Shown here piece by piece: positions 26,676-38,196 of a DNA stretch of 64,000 nucleotides. A program made the translations under genes and the position numbers. Source of the stretch: the human T2T-CHM13v2.0 reference genome, Homo sapiens. The notes under the pieces were generated by a model. It did not search any database. It saw only the letters and a program-made list of their open reading frames with translations, and was not told where the DNA came from. How positions within the stretch are numbered: the stretch's first letter is position 1; each line of letters opens with the position of its first letter. The stretch lies in assembly GCF_009914755.1 (NCBI RefSeq), contig NC_060936.1; one strand, given 5' to 3'.

Positions 26676-26882
26676 TTTTTAGAGATAGGGTCTGGCTGTG
26701 TTGCCTAAGCTGGAGTGCAGTGGCATGACCTTGGCTCGCTGCAGCCTCAACCTCCTAGGCTTAAGTGATCTTACCTCAGCCTTCTGAGTCCTGGGACCAC
26801 AGACACGCACCACTATGCCCAGCTAATTTTTGTATTTTTTTTTTTTTTATAGAGACAGGGTCTCACTTTGTTGCCCAAACTG
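26676..26882 (-). mobile_element. 5'-truncated AluJ
   Basis: Right arm plus a short piece of left arm; TCAAATTTT on both sides. Confidence 0.88.
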
Positions 26883-27569
26883 AGTCAAATTTTTTGTTAT
26901 TTAAAAGTTTGATTAGAAAAGGATGGCCTTATAGGATTATCATTCTTAATCTCTTTCAAAATAATATAAATACGTTTTGGATTGAGAGAAGGGGTGAAAC
27001 CATGTTAGGACTCCTGAAGCTGCGCTTGTCCCCCTGCCTCTGGGATCTGTGTCCTAGCTTTCCCAGGTCTGCCATCTGACTGTCATTGATCCCCTGGAAC
27101 AAGGTAAAGGTTTCTGGAGATTTTGTAGGAAGTGCATTAAAGTGGAAGTCCCATACAGTACCTCACCCAGGAGGACCCTCCATGCACATGGAGAATTTCA
27201 TATGACCTCGGGCAACTTAATCTTGTTAGTCTCAGCGATTTCACCTGCAAAGAAAGGTTAGCAATGGATGATCTTCTGAGATGTTTCCAGCCCTCAAATG
27301 ATTTGAGACTGATTTGCTGTTGACGATTCATAATTATGACAACAGTTATCTGTTGAGTGTTTATATTGCTTTAAACAATTTCTACAGATTATCTCATTTA
27401 ATTCGTCAAGGAAATCACCTTGGAAGAATCGTAATGTTTAGGAAACTGAAGCTCAGAGAGGTTAAATCCCTTGCTCAAGGCACACAGCCAACAAACAAAC
27501 TTCAGAATGGGGTAGAAATGAGGCCAGTTCCACTCTGGCATTGACTGTTAGCTGTGGCCCCATTCTTCT

Positions 27570-27754
27570 TTCTTTAATTAAATATTTCAGGCATAGAAAA
27601 ACGTGCAAAAAATAACAGAACAAGCTTCTATGAAACAGAACATGAAAAACACACTTAAATCTCTTTGCAAACCCTCCCAAACCACTTTCTTCCCAGCTGT
27701 GGTAACCTCTCTCCTGAATTTGGTGTTCATCATTCCATCATGTTTTTATGATTT

Positions 27755-27801
<47 letters not shown>

Positions 27802-28130
27802 TATATGCATAAAAATATACTGAATTGCTTTTCAGGTTTTTGCATGTTAGTAAATAGTAAAATTCTATATGTGTCCTGTGGCAACTCGCTTTTTTCCCCC
27901 ACTCAACACTATAGTATTTTAGATTTATCTGTGATGATACATAGAGTTCTAGCTCATTAATTTTCACTGCTGCATGGTACTCTCCTTTAAGAATATACTG
28001 GAATTGATCCATCCATTCTCTTGTTGATAAGCATTTAGATTCCTTCCAGTTTTCCACCATTAAAAAGTGCTGCAATATATATTCTTCTACATTTGTATAC
28101 TGAAATTCTGATGGATGAACTCTCTTGATC
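27570..28130 (-). mobile_element. L1ME fragment containing (TA)18 at 27758-27793
   Basis: GGTAACCTCTCTCCTGAATTTGGTGTTCATCATTCC...TTCACTGCTGCATGGTACTC...CATTTAGATTCCTTCCAGTTT. Confidence 0.75.
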
Positions 28131-28138
28131 ATACCAGG

Positions 28139-28505
28139 GGCTCTGGTCTGAATATGTGTGTCCTTCCAAAATGCATATGTTGAACCAAGCCTCCAAGGTG
28201 ATGGTGTTAGGAGCTGGGGCCTTTGGGGGGTGATTAGAGTAGGAGGGTGGAACCCTCATGATTGAGATGAGTGCCCATATAAAGGAGTCTCCAAAGAGCT
28301 AGCTAGCCATTTCTACCATGTGAGGGCACGGTGAGAAGGTACCATCTATAAACCAGCAAAAAGCAGCCCCTTAGCAGACACCAAATCTGCTAGTGCCATG
28401 ACCTTGGACTTCTCAGCCTCCAGAACTATGAGAAATAAACTTCTATTTTTTATAAGCCATCCAGTTTACCATATTTTGTTATAGCAGCCCAAACAGACTA
28501 AGATA
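28139..28505 (+). mobile_element. MLT1A0-like MaLR solo LTR with 5-bp TSD CCAGG
   Basis: GACTTCTCAGCCTCCAGAACTATGAGAAATAAA...GTTATAGCAGCCCAAACAGACTAAGATA; CCAGG at 28134-28138 and 28506-28510. Confidence 0.88.
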
Positions 28506-30245
28506 CCAGGTTTTCTTCTAATTTCTATATATCTATGATAATATTGGACAGTTTTCTTCATTCATCAACTTTTTTCTGAGCACCTACTATGTGCCAAGCC
28601 CTGTGTCGGGTGCTAGGAACAGAGAAGTGGTTACAAGACACAGCTCTTGATCTCCAGGAGTGCTTGGGAGACCAAGCATCAACCTCTGTCAGATGGGCTG
28701 GGGGGATGCTGGGAGCTCACAGTAGGGCTCTAAATGGAGTGGCCAGGGAGCAAAGAGATGCCATGGATGATGGAGAAACACAGGGCTGTGGAGGTTATGA
28801 CCAGCCTATCTTGGACACTGCACCCAAGCTCCTTGAATTCAAAGACCTCTTTCAGTGTATATCTGCCCCAGGACAAAGTCACAGTGACCCCTTGCAACTC
28901 CCTCTTCCCAACCTCATTCTCCCTTTCACATATTAATAGTAATGTGAGTTAGTTGTTTTTTGCCTGAAAAAAAAATCTGTGACAACTACACACACTTGAA
29001 TTCCAGGGCTAGAATTCTCTCCAGCGCCCTGAATAAATGACATCCACACTTTGCCTTGGATATATACTGTCCATCTGGAATCATTATAATAACAGGTCAT
29101 GGCTTGTGTGCATAATACATGTATGGTCGACACTATGGTAAACTGTCTGTATGAGCCTATCACTTAATCTGCACAAAATGCTTATAAAGTTAGAAATACT
29201 ATTCTTTCAATTTTGTAGAAGATAAGGCCCAGAGAGGTTAATTAACTTACCCAACGTCACCCAGCTAGGAGATGGCAGAGCTGGGGCTCCATTCCAGGTC
29301 TGGCTGACTCCAGATTCCTTCATCTCAACCCTTTGAGCTCTGTCAGGATATGCCTGACATTTCTGAAGGCAAGTCCCCTTCTTTCCACAATAGAGCAATA
29401 CCATCTAAGGGAAGTTACTTACCGCCTGACACAGCCCACTCACTACTCGCACATTCTCTCCACTTGCTCCAGCTACTGAGGAAATTAGAGCAAATCCTAT
29501 TTTTAGACACTGTGGTTCAAATGACAGTGATGTATGGGGTAGTGACTCGTTTTATGAACATAGTTCGGAGGTGTCGGCGGATCTTACTGCTCGGAAACTC
29601 TCTTACATCACCCTGTTTTGCTCTTTATAATTTATTTCAAAGATCGCTTTGTTTCTTCTCCCTCCTCCGTGAGTCCTGCAACAGACTTCAGCCAGAAACA
29701 ATAAAATTCTGAGCTGAAATAAAAGGCAATGAGAGAGGATGAGGCTTCTCTCAGAAACCTGAAACACAAATCATGTCAGGGATACATAGGGGTGGAGCAC
29801 AAGCCCTTAGCAAAAATTAGAGTGTGCTCAATGGTTAGGACTAGAAAAAACAGACTTCATCCCTTCTTAGCAAAATTGATTGTGTGTGTGTTTTAGATGA
29901 AAATCCTAACTTTACTGCTTATTTTTTTATGGCTAATTATAATCTGCTAGTTTTGAAGGCCAGCAAGAGGGCTAAACAATGCTTGTGCAGAGCCCTGGCA
30001 ACCTCAAGACAGGTAGGGATAAAGAGGAAGAACCGAAGAGGAGGGAGGGAGATGATTGACAGGAAGTGTACGGAACAAATGTGGAGGGCTTAACATGTGC
30101 TGCTGGGAACACCCACCCACTTTAATCAGTTTCATTCTCTTGTCAACATTAGAAGAAATCTTTAGTCCTATTTTACCGATTGGGCAACCAAGGCCAGAGA
30201 GGCTAAGTCATTTACTTTAGGACATACAGCTGGTAATTATGGAGT

Positions 30246-30403
30246 TAGGATTGCAAGATGCAGCAAAATAAAATAAAGGACATCCAATTATATTTGGGTT
30301 CTGAGTAAACAATGTAAAAAAAATAGTGAAAGTATATCCCATGTAAAATTTCAGACTTATACTAAAAATTTAACTGGGCATCCTGTATTTTACCTGGCAA
30401 CTG
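30246..30403. mobile_element. MER53-like MITE inside a MIR
   Basis: TAGGATTGCAAGAT...AAATTTAACTGGGCATCCTGTATTTTACCTGGCAAC inverted termini. Confidence 0.7.
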
Positions 30404-30539
30404 TTGAGGAGATTCAAATTCAGTTCTCTTTGTTATTTCCCAGACACCCCTTACTATGGGACATATATAATACTGTAGAATATGTGATCAGTACCAGCAG
30501 ATACTGGTTGAGTTCAGGCCTCAAGCTTTATATCTGCCA

Positions 30540-31345
30540 TTTTGCTTGAAACCCTTTAATCCTTATATCACCTATCCAGTAGGTATTATCATTGTTCCCA
30601 TTTTATGGATGAGGAAACTGAGGCTCCTTAAGATGAAATAACTTGGTCACGGTGACACAACCAGAAAGTACTAGAGCCCATGCTTGAACCCAGTTCTGTT
30701 TTGCTCAAGAATGGTCTCTCAAAAAAAAAAAAAAAAAAGAAACACAAAAAAACAAAAAACAGTTAAGATTTAACCCATGTACAGAAAAGCACTTGATATG
30801 TAAATGTACAGTACAACGACTTGTCACAAACACCTGTGCAGCCACCAGCCAGATCAAGAAAGAAAAGATGTCCAGCTCCCGTTAGATGCCCTGCCCCGTC
30901 ATGAGAAGGGCTCTTCTGCCAGAGCTTCTCTGGGAATTCTTTGACTACGGGCATTACTGTCCCCATTTTACAGATGGGGACACAAAGGTTCAGAGAGGTG
31001 CTGTGACTTGCCCAAGGTCACAGAGATTGGAAAGCAACAGGCTCAGAGAGGGCGAGTGATCACCCAGAGGTTACACAGCTAAAACTTACCACCTGTTAAA
31101 ACTACAAACTAAATACCAAAAACCGAAACTGCGCTTTATTGGGTGTTTACTATTTGTGAGGCACCGTGCTAAGCTTCTTGGTCGACAACAGTAGCAGCAG
31201 CAGCAAGCACTCTGCCATTTGGGGTGCATACTCCCCATGTCAGGCAGCTTGGCACTTTGCGTAATCCGCTCAGTGAATTTTTCCAGCGACCCTATGGTTT
31301 GGGCTTGGGTCTCGAACCCATTTTACAGAAGAGGACACTGAGGCC
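30540..31345 (-). mobile_element. Cluster of antisense MIRs immediately upstream of the CpG island
   Basis: Repeated CCCATTTTA(C/T)(A/G)GA..GGA.ACTGAGGC-type cores at ~30597, ~30962 and ~31317. Confidence 0.8.
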
Positions 31346-31489
31346 GGAAGGCTGAGGCCCCTGCCCGATATGCTCAGCCGGCCTGGCACCGGCTATGCCC
31401 GGCTCCCCGGGAGGCTGCGGGAGGGCCAGGTGGCATGCAAGGAGTTAAGCGGTAGGCAGTGCTGTGGCTCCGTGCGAGGAGCGCGCCGG

Positions 31490-32131
31490 GCTGAGGCGCG
31501 CTGCTGGTGGCGGCGGCGGCAGCGGCGCGGGAGCTAGGGCTGGAGACGTGAAGTCCAGGGGAGCGAGCAAGGCAGCCAAGGAGGCAGCGGCGAGGCAGCG
31601 AGAGAGAGCCAGGCGGCCGGAGCTCCGCGCCGAGCCGCAGCCGGTGCCCTGCGCGCACCGGGCCCGGGCATCTCCATCCCCGGGGCGGGTGCCCGCGCGG
31701 GGCCTCGCCGCGGCTCGGGGCACCCGCAGTGCCGCCCGCCCGAGCGCCAGGCTCACAGGAGCCCGGCTTTCACTTCCTCTCGCTTCCGCCCGCCTCCCTG
31801 GCTCGCCGGCTGGCGTCGCCACCGCCTCCTCGTCCCCGGCCACCGCTGTCGCCGCTGCTGCAATTCAAGGCGCACACTATCCCACTTTCCCGCTGGAGGC
31901 GCAGAGGATGCCCCTTGAGCCAGACCTGGAGAAATAGCCCCAGGGCCCGGCAGGAGGAGCCTTGGTGGCGAGAAAGGAAATCCAGGCTCCCCTTTCCTTA
32001 AAGCCACTGCAGCAGCTGGGAAGGCGCCCACAGAGCGGGCGCGCCAAGCGGGACGCGGGAGTCGCAGAGAGGGACCCCGGGCGCCTGCTGAGCTCAGCTG
32101 GCAGAGTTTGCAAGTGGCGGAGACCCTTCAG
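31490..32131 (+). other. WSCD2: Probable non-coding first exon (5' UTR); tentatively WSCD2 exon 1, with intron 1 running past the window end
   Basis: Lies inside the CpG island and ends at a strong CAG|GTAAGG donor (intron starts 32132); no long AUG ORF. The gene name is from recollection of WSCD2 structure (~640-nt non-coding exon 1, long intron 1) and is not verified. TSS is approximate. Confidence 0.5.
31908..31937 (+). CDS. Candidate uORF, MPLEPDLEK*
   Basis: Only ATG in the putative exon 1; context AGGATGC (A at -3); TAG stop within the exon. Confidence 0.35.
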   Translation: MPLEPDLEK

Positions 32132-32678
32132 GTAAGGACTCAGGTGCCTGGACCTGGGAAGAGGGCTCCAGGAGGGAGCCGGGCGCGGAGCTGGTGCGAA
32201 ATGTCTTCTGCCCCTAGATCTGGGCTTCGCTTTCCAGACGCTTCCCCGCAGGTTGGGGGCTCGTCGTCCAGAGCCCGGCGAGTGAGGAACCCAGAGTGGT
32301 GACAGCCCAGCTCTGCGTAGATGACAAACTTTCTCTCCTCTGGCAGAGGGTGGGACATTCCGGCTCATCCAGGCATCCTTCCTCTGGGCATTCCTGTGCC
32401 CCCTACAGGCATGCATTCAAGGGCTTCTCCCGCGGAGGTGGGCCAGCGGGGAGGCAGTGGGCCCCGTAAATTTGATTTATGAATCACCCTCTTTCTGGCC
32501 AGTGCAGAGTTCCAAGGGAGAGGGAGCTAGTCATATTTCCAAGTTGGCTGTAGAAGATGTTTCTTGGGGGTGATACTCTGGTGAATAAGGCTGCCTGTCA
32601 TCTGATGCCAACAGCCAGAGCTGCCCAGGCAATGGGCTTTGTGTAGGGTGCCTTGCAGATTTGCTTATGTCCATTCTG

Positions 32679-32680
<2 letters not shown>

Positions 32681-32726
<46 letters not shown>
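32681..32726. repeat. (GT)23 microsatellite followed by a short GA run
   Basis: Direct read. Confidence 0.97.
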
Positions 32727-32729
<3 letters not shown>

Positions 32730-33914
32730 GAGAGAGAGGGAACTAGAGACTAGGGGACCAACTCAGCCAAATCGCCTCCTTGCAAGCCTTTCCAGCAGCC
32801 CCAGGTATCTTGGAAAGAGCCAACTCACCTCCTTGGCAGAACCACTAGGAAGGGTGGAGGTCACTTCCTAATTCTTACAGCTTCAAAGGGGCTGCTCCTT
32901 AGGTGAGCAAAAAAATAGGGGAAGTTTCCTGGCTGCTCAATGAGACCATTCCTATTGGAGCCTGGGGAGGTGCAAACTTTTTGCAGAAAAGGGGCTGGAA
33001 GGGCCACGTGGAGAGGGCCTCCTGACATTCTCATCCCCACACTCTAGGCCCCTAGAGGCTCTGCTGAGCCCCATGCACAGCTCATAAGTTTGGCTAGATG
33101 ATTTTTTCTATTAGTAAAAAGCATGCTCCAAGGAGATCACCTGGTCTCTGAGGATCATTTTAGAGCCGCCCCTGTGGTCACAGCCCCATAGATGGCATGG
33201 TGCTACCTACTTGGGCTGGGCATCTGCCTCTGCGGAGTAGCATTGCTGTGTTGTTTTTAAGACAGTTCTTGGGGTGTGAGGTGGGATTCCGATCTCAGGC
33301 CAAGTTAGAGCTGCGTCCCTAGGCTGCCAAAACCCAAGAATTCCTCCAGGGCGTCAGAATCTGGTGCTTGATGTCCTGGAAAAAGCCCTGGGTCTGGGTC
33401 AGGAGATTGAGCTTCAAGTTGGCTCTCATTTGCTGTGTGACTTTGGGCAAATCACTAGACCTCTCTGGGCTTCAGTTGCTGCTTCTCAAAAATGAAGAGA
33501 TTTCATGTATCCTCAGAGGTCCCAGTTCAGTTGAGACACTCTATGGCCCTGAGTGATTGTCACTGATGAGATTTTTGTAATCCCAGGAGGGGATCTTAAT
33601 TTAGAATTTAAGAGACCTAGGTCTCAGATCAGATCTAAGTTTGACCAGTGACTTCCCTCTCCACGCTTCGGCTCCTCCACTGTAGGATGGGAAGTTCACA
33701 GTTCCTACTTTACAGGGCTGAGAGGACTAACTGAGATGGTGCCTGGAGGGTGCTGAGTGTAGAGTTTAGCAAAGAGTGAAGCTCAACGGTGCCAAGGCTA
33801 CCTGCTTTTGGGTCTTGTGTGGGGCATCTATCTGGGTGCTGTTTTCCCCAGGGAGGCTGGCCCTGTCCCACCAAGCACCAGGTGATCCTTGACTACATGG
33901 CAGGGCCCTTGTTC

Positions 33915-34065
33915 TCTCCAATCACCTGACACTGCAGTCCCCGCCCTCTCTCTGCTTTCTCATAAAATCTCTGCTGGACCAGCCACTCCTAGTGGGGAGC
34001 CCAGGGTGGTCTGGGAGTGCTGCATGCACCCAGCTGCTGTATCACCAGGACATCAGGAGGTGGAG
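33915..34065 (+). promoter_or_regulatory. Candidate alternative promoter and short first exon
   Basis: CCAAT 33918-33922, CACCTG 33923-33928, CCCCGCCC 33939-33946, CATAAAA 33961-33967, Inr-like CCACTCC 33983-33989, donor GAG|GTAGGC at 34065/34066. Confidence 0.5.
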
Positions 34066-34529
34066 GTAGGCAGTCTCCATGGCTTCAACTTCGCAGCTGT
34101 CTAGGGACCAGGGCAGAGAAGTTCAGAATGTCTGCGTGTAGGGCACTCAGCTGACGCTTGAGAACTACCCCATGCTGGGCAGACAAGGCTACTGTTCTTG
34201 GCAGGAAAAGTCAAGCTGGGGAAAGAAGTGTCTTACAGCATTGTGTGTGTGTGTGTACGCATGTGTGTGTGTGTGCCTGCGTATGCACACATGGGGGAAT
34301 GATGAAATTGTCAGGGAATGCAGTGGACTGGTCAGTGTGATTTTTTTCTGCGTGGTTCTGAGGCTTGTGGGTTGCCCCGGGTTTATGCTGAAACCATCAG
34401 TGGGGAAGGCAGACCCCATCCCAGTGACATGGAGTGAATTCATGGGGAACAGGAGCAATTCCACTGTGTGCTTGCTTGGACTTGACTTTTAAGACTCTGA
34501 AAAAACGAACAATTTGCTTTCATGGTAGA

Positions 34530-35740
34530 GTAAGGTGTGTGTGTGGACACGTGTGTGAATGTGTGCATATGTGTGCATTCTCATGCAGGTGTGGGCTCAT
34601 GTGCTTGTGTGAGCATAACTTACATGAGAACCATAAGTGTGTGCACTCATGAGATAGTGTCAGTGTGAGTGTGTACTTGGTGTCTGATGGATTTATGAGT
34701 GTGAGCGTGCATGTCTATGGATTTGTGAGTGTGCGTGTGCATGCCTGCAAGAGAATTGGTGCATTTGTGAATCGGTGCAAGGGTGGGTATGTATATACAC
34801 TTGTGAATGTTACGCAGTTGTATATATGTGAGTCATGTGTGTCTGGGCTAAGCAGGTGTATGCCTGCACAGATCCACGTGTGTGCTCTAGGGGATCTGTG
34901 CAGAAATATCCGTGTTTAAGAAGCTATACTCTCTGCCTGGTGCATGTTTTCATAGCTGTGTGTGTTATTTGCATGTGTATGTGGGCATTTCTCAGTGCCT
35001 GCATACATGTGCATACAGCCATGTGAGTGTGAGTTTGTGCTATGCACTTACAGGCATTATGTATCTGCATGTTTTTTAATGTACCTTTGTGTGTGCCTCT
35101 ATGTGCATATGTGTGTGTAGCATTGCACACCTGATTGTCTCTGTATGTGTGTGCATCTGTTTGTTCTGGTGTAATCTCTGTGAATGTCTCTGTGTAAACG
35201 TGTGTTTCTGAACGTGTGTATCCGTGAATGTTAGCATGTGCATTTGATTGTGTCTGTGTATACATGTGTGTTTCTGTGGGTGTGTGACTGTGTGTATTGC
35301 AGTGTGAACTTTTTGTGGATCTCTCGACATATACACAGGTGTTTCTGAGTGTATGTGCCTCTGTGTAGCATTGCACACTTGAGCGTATCTCTGTGTGTAT
35401 GTGTGTGTTTGTGAGTGTCAGTATCTGGGTGTGTCAGTTGCAGCGTACATTTGAGTGTGTCTGTGTGCACGTGAGTGTCTCTGAAGGTGTATTTCTGTGT
35501 GTTCCAGTGTAACTTTTGTCTCACGTATGAGTGAATTTCTGAGTGGTGTTGTACTGTATCTTTTTGCACATCTCTGGGCGTACATGTGTGTTTTTCTGAG
35601 CGTGTTTGCCTGTTTGTACAGCAGTGTAACTTTTGTGCATGTCTGTGTGTATGTGTGTGCTTCTAAGCATGCACATCTCTGAGGGTGTGTCTGAGTGTCT
35701 CTAGGGGTATAAACAAGTGTGTGGGTGGAGGGGTGTGAAC
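34530..35740. repeat. Long degenerate TG-rich low-complexity tract with internal repeats
   Basis: Alternating purine/pyrimidine sequence over ~1.2 kb with recurring 15-17-mers. Confidence 0.9.
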
Positions 35741-36404
35741 ATACCTGTGAGCTTCCAAACAGAAACCATCTCTGAACATTTAAGATCACTCTTCTCCCTG
35801 CTCCTCAGGACTGAACTGTGCTTGTGCCGTGCACCTTCCGAGTGTTGATTCAGCAGTTGGTGCCAGCTCTGAGCAGAGTGTTGGATGATGCGTGCTCATT
35901 TTTCCAAGTGCCTTTGCCTTGCAGTGCTCCAAAGCCCGGTGTATCCCCCTGCCCCCGCCTCCCTCACCTTCTGTAACAGCCCAAATCTGTCTTGCCAGAA
36001 GCTTCTACTTAGGACGGCTGCTGAACAAACTCGCAGATGTTAAAAGCACAGGTATAATTTTAGGCAGAAGGTCTGAAAATAGGCAGCCTAGGATGTGCTG
36101 AACATCTCGACAGCAGTGTTTCTAATTAGGAGCAACTTGTTTTCCTTAAATAAACAAATCAAGTGAGGAAAGAAATTGCCCGAGATTAATGGCTCCCTGG
36201 AGCAGGTCCAGATGTTGGGAAGATAGGGACTGTGGTGGGGTATGGGTGGGTCTCTGGTTCCCCACGGACTGCAAGTGTTGCTGCTTAGGGGCCTTCTAGA
36301 CTTTGCCCAAGAGCTGATGAGGCAGAACCTTGAGGTCAGGAGCTGGTGAGGAGGGCAGGACTGGGCCACTGTGGGGCCCCTTTTCAAGGTCCGCCAGTGC
36401 CTGG

Positions 36405-36837
36405 TTATTGGGATGGGTGCATCACTGTTCCCATTTCCTCCCTCCTCCCTGTATCCATGCCCTTAGCCATAAGACGTCACTGCTCTTCTCATTCAAGGAG
36501 CAGGCAAAACTTATGCCCCTGCCCCCTCCCTTTGGGGTTCGGCCATGTGACCAGGTTTGGCCATTAGAGTGAAGTGGAAGAGATAGTGTACCCATTCCAA
36601 GCTTAGGCCTTAGGGAACCTTGTGTGTTTCTGCCATGGCTAGGTGGAGAGCTGCCTTCTCAGCCTGGCCCTAGAATGGGCACATGTTAAGCCCAGACCTT
36701 GGTGAAGGGATGAGTCCAGCCAGTTTCCAGCTGGTCACAAGCAGATCGGCAAAATAAATGCCCCTCACAGGTATCTCACTGGGGTTTTCTGGTTGTTTGT
36801 TACACACCACTGTCATGGTCATAGCTAACTGATGCAG
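36405..36837 (+). mobile_element. MLT1H-like LTR
   Basis: GGCCATGTGACCAGGTTTGGCCATT and terminal ATAGCTAACTGATGCA. Confidence 0.7.
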
Positions 36838-37320
36838 TTACCAGTAAGTCATCTTTATTTCCTTCTCCTGTTTGACCCTGGTACCTATTCAGAGGTGCAT
36901 AATGAACACCTGTACTTTTCACTGTTGGTGTCCCATTCGTACCTTGCTTTCTGTCCATCCTAATATCAACACTAATAATGATAAGTACCATATACAAAGT
37001 GTTTACCAGGTGCACACACTATGCCAGGAGCTTTGTATTCATCTAGTCTTCTGTCAGAGAGATGAATGACTTGCCCAGGTGACACAGCTCAGAAGCCAGG
37101 CTTTCTGGGATTTGCACACAGATCACCTGATGTCAGAGACCGTGTTTTTAACCATGATGTCATATTGCCTCCCAGTGCCAGCAGGCATGTTTTATGTAAC
37201 TGATGTCATAGCATACATTTGACATTTCCCCCCTTCACTCACCTGGAGGTTTGGTTCGCGGAAGTGAATCATGTCACAGAAGTGGGAATTGTCTATTTGA
37301 ATGTGGTGAGATTTCTTCAG

Positions 37321-37530
37321 CCATCCATCCTTCCATCCGTCCGTCCATCCGTCCATCCATCCATCCATCCATCCTTCCATGCATCCATTCAAGTATTCAT
37401 TCAGCATCAGTATTTGCTGATATTCAGTGTTTGCTCAGAATCTTCTCAGCATCATACTCTGTGCTGGGCACTGAAGATACAGAAATGAGAGACCCCAGCT
37501 CTGTCTTCAATGAGCTTACAATCTGAGGTA
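37321..37530 (-). repeat. (CCAT/CCGT)n tetranucleotide repeat grown from an antisense L2 tail
   Basis: Direct read; followed by CTGTGCTGGGCACTGAAGATACAGAAATGA L2 sequence. Confidence 0.8.
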
Positions 37531-37817
37531 GAAGTAGGAGAACCTGGGTTATGGAGGCAGATGAAGCTGGGTTCCAGTCCAGACTTTACCCTTTACTGGA
37601 AGGAACTTCAGCCTCACCTCACTGGATTGTTGTAAGGATCAAACAAAGTAATTTGGCAAAGTCCTTCACACAGTGCCTTTCATGCTGGAAGCCATAATAA
37701 ACAATAACTCCTCTTCCTCCTATTCTTTCTCCTCCTCCTCCTTATGGTGGAGACGGTTGAATGTCACTACCAGAGCAATGCAGAGATAAGAGAAAGTAGG
37801 GGCCTCCAGATCCCAGA

Positions 37818-37931
37818 TAGGGTGACCAATCATCCTGACTGTCTGAAACTGAGATGTTTCTTTAGGATACTGGACTTTCAGTGCGAAAACTGGAAGAGTC
37901 CCACACAAACCAGGACAAATTGGTTACTCTC
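37818..37931. mobile_element. MER81-like hAT-Blackjack MITE
   Basis: TAGGGTGACCAA...TTGGTTACTCT inverted termini, ~114 bp. Confidence 0.7.
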
Positions 37932-37973
37932 ATCCCAGAGGAAATATTGGACCCAGCTTGGAATGGTCTAGAA

Positions 37974-38196
37974 TAGAGGCCAACAAACTATGGCCCACAA
38001 GCCAAATCTGGCCCACTGCCTGTTTTTGTAAATAAAGTTTTATTGCAACTCAGCTAAGCCCATTCATTGGCTATTGTCTATGGCTGCTGTCAAGCTACAA
38101 CAGGAATGTTGAGTATTTGTGACAGAGATCACATGGCCTGCAAAGCCTAAAACACTTACTATCTGGCCCTTTACAGAAAAAACTTGCTGACCCATG
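37974..38196. mobile_element. MER58A
   Basis: CAAACTATGGCCCACAAGCCAAATCTGGCCCACTGCCTGTTTTTGTAAATAAAGTTTTATTG...CTGGCCCTTTACAGAAAA. Confidence 0.9.

Larger units (their letters stand above)
31345..32470. promoter_or_regulatory. CpG island / TATA-less promoter
   Basis: Abrupt rise in GC and CpG against a CpG-depleted background; GC boxes; GGC run at ~31507-31528. Confidence 0.93.

Noticed and set aside
31374-32416. Several overlapping long ORFs in the CpG island (157 aa +, 132 aa -, 179 aa -)
   Set aside because: Ala/Arg/Pro/Gly-rich and open on both strands because GC-rich DNA lacks stop codons; the 157-aa ORF starts at GTG; no recognisable domain.
33161-33182. CTCF-like GCCGCCCCCTGTGGTCA
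   Set aside because: Needs a gap or several mismatches to fit the core motif; not supportable without a PWM scan or ChIP.
34434-35789. His/Thr- and Cys/Val-rich ORFs
   Set aside because: Artefacts of the TG/CA low-complexity tract.
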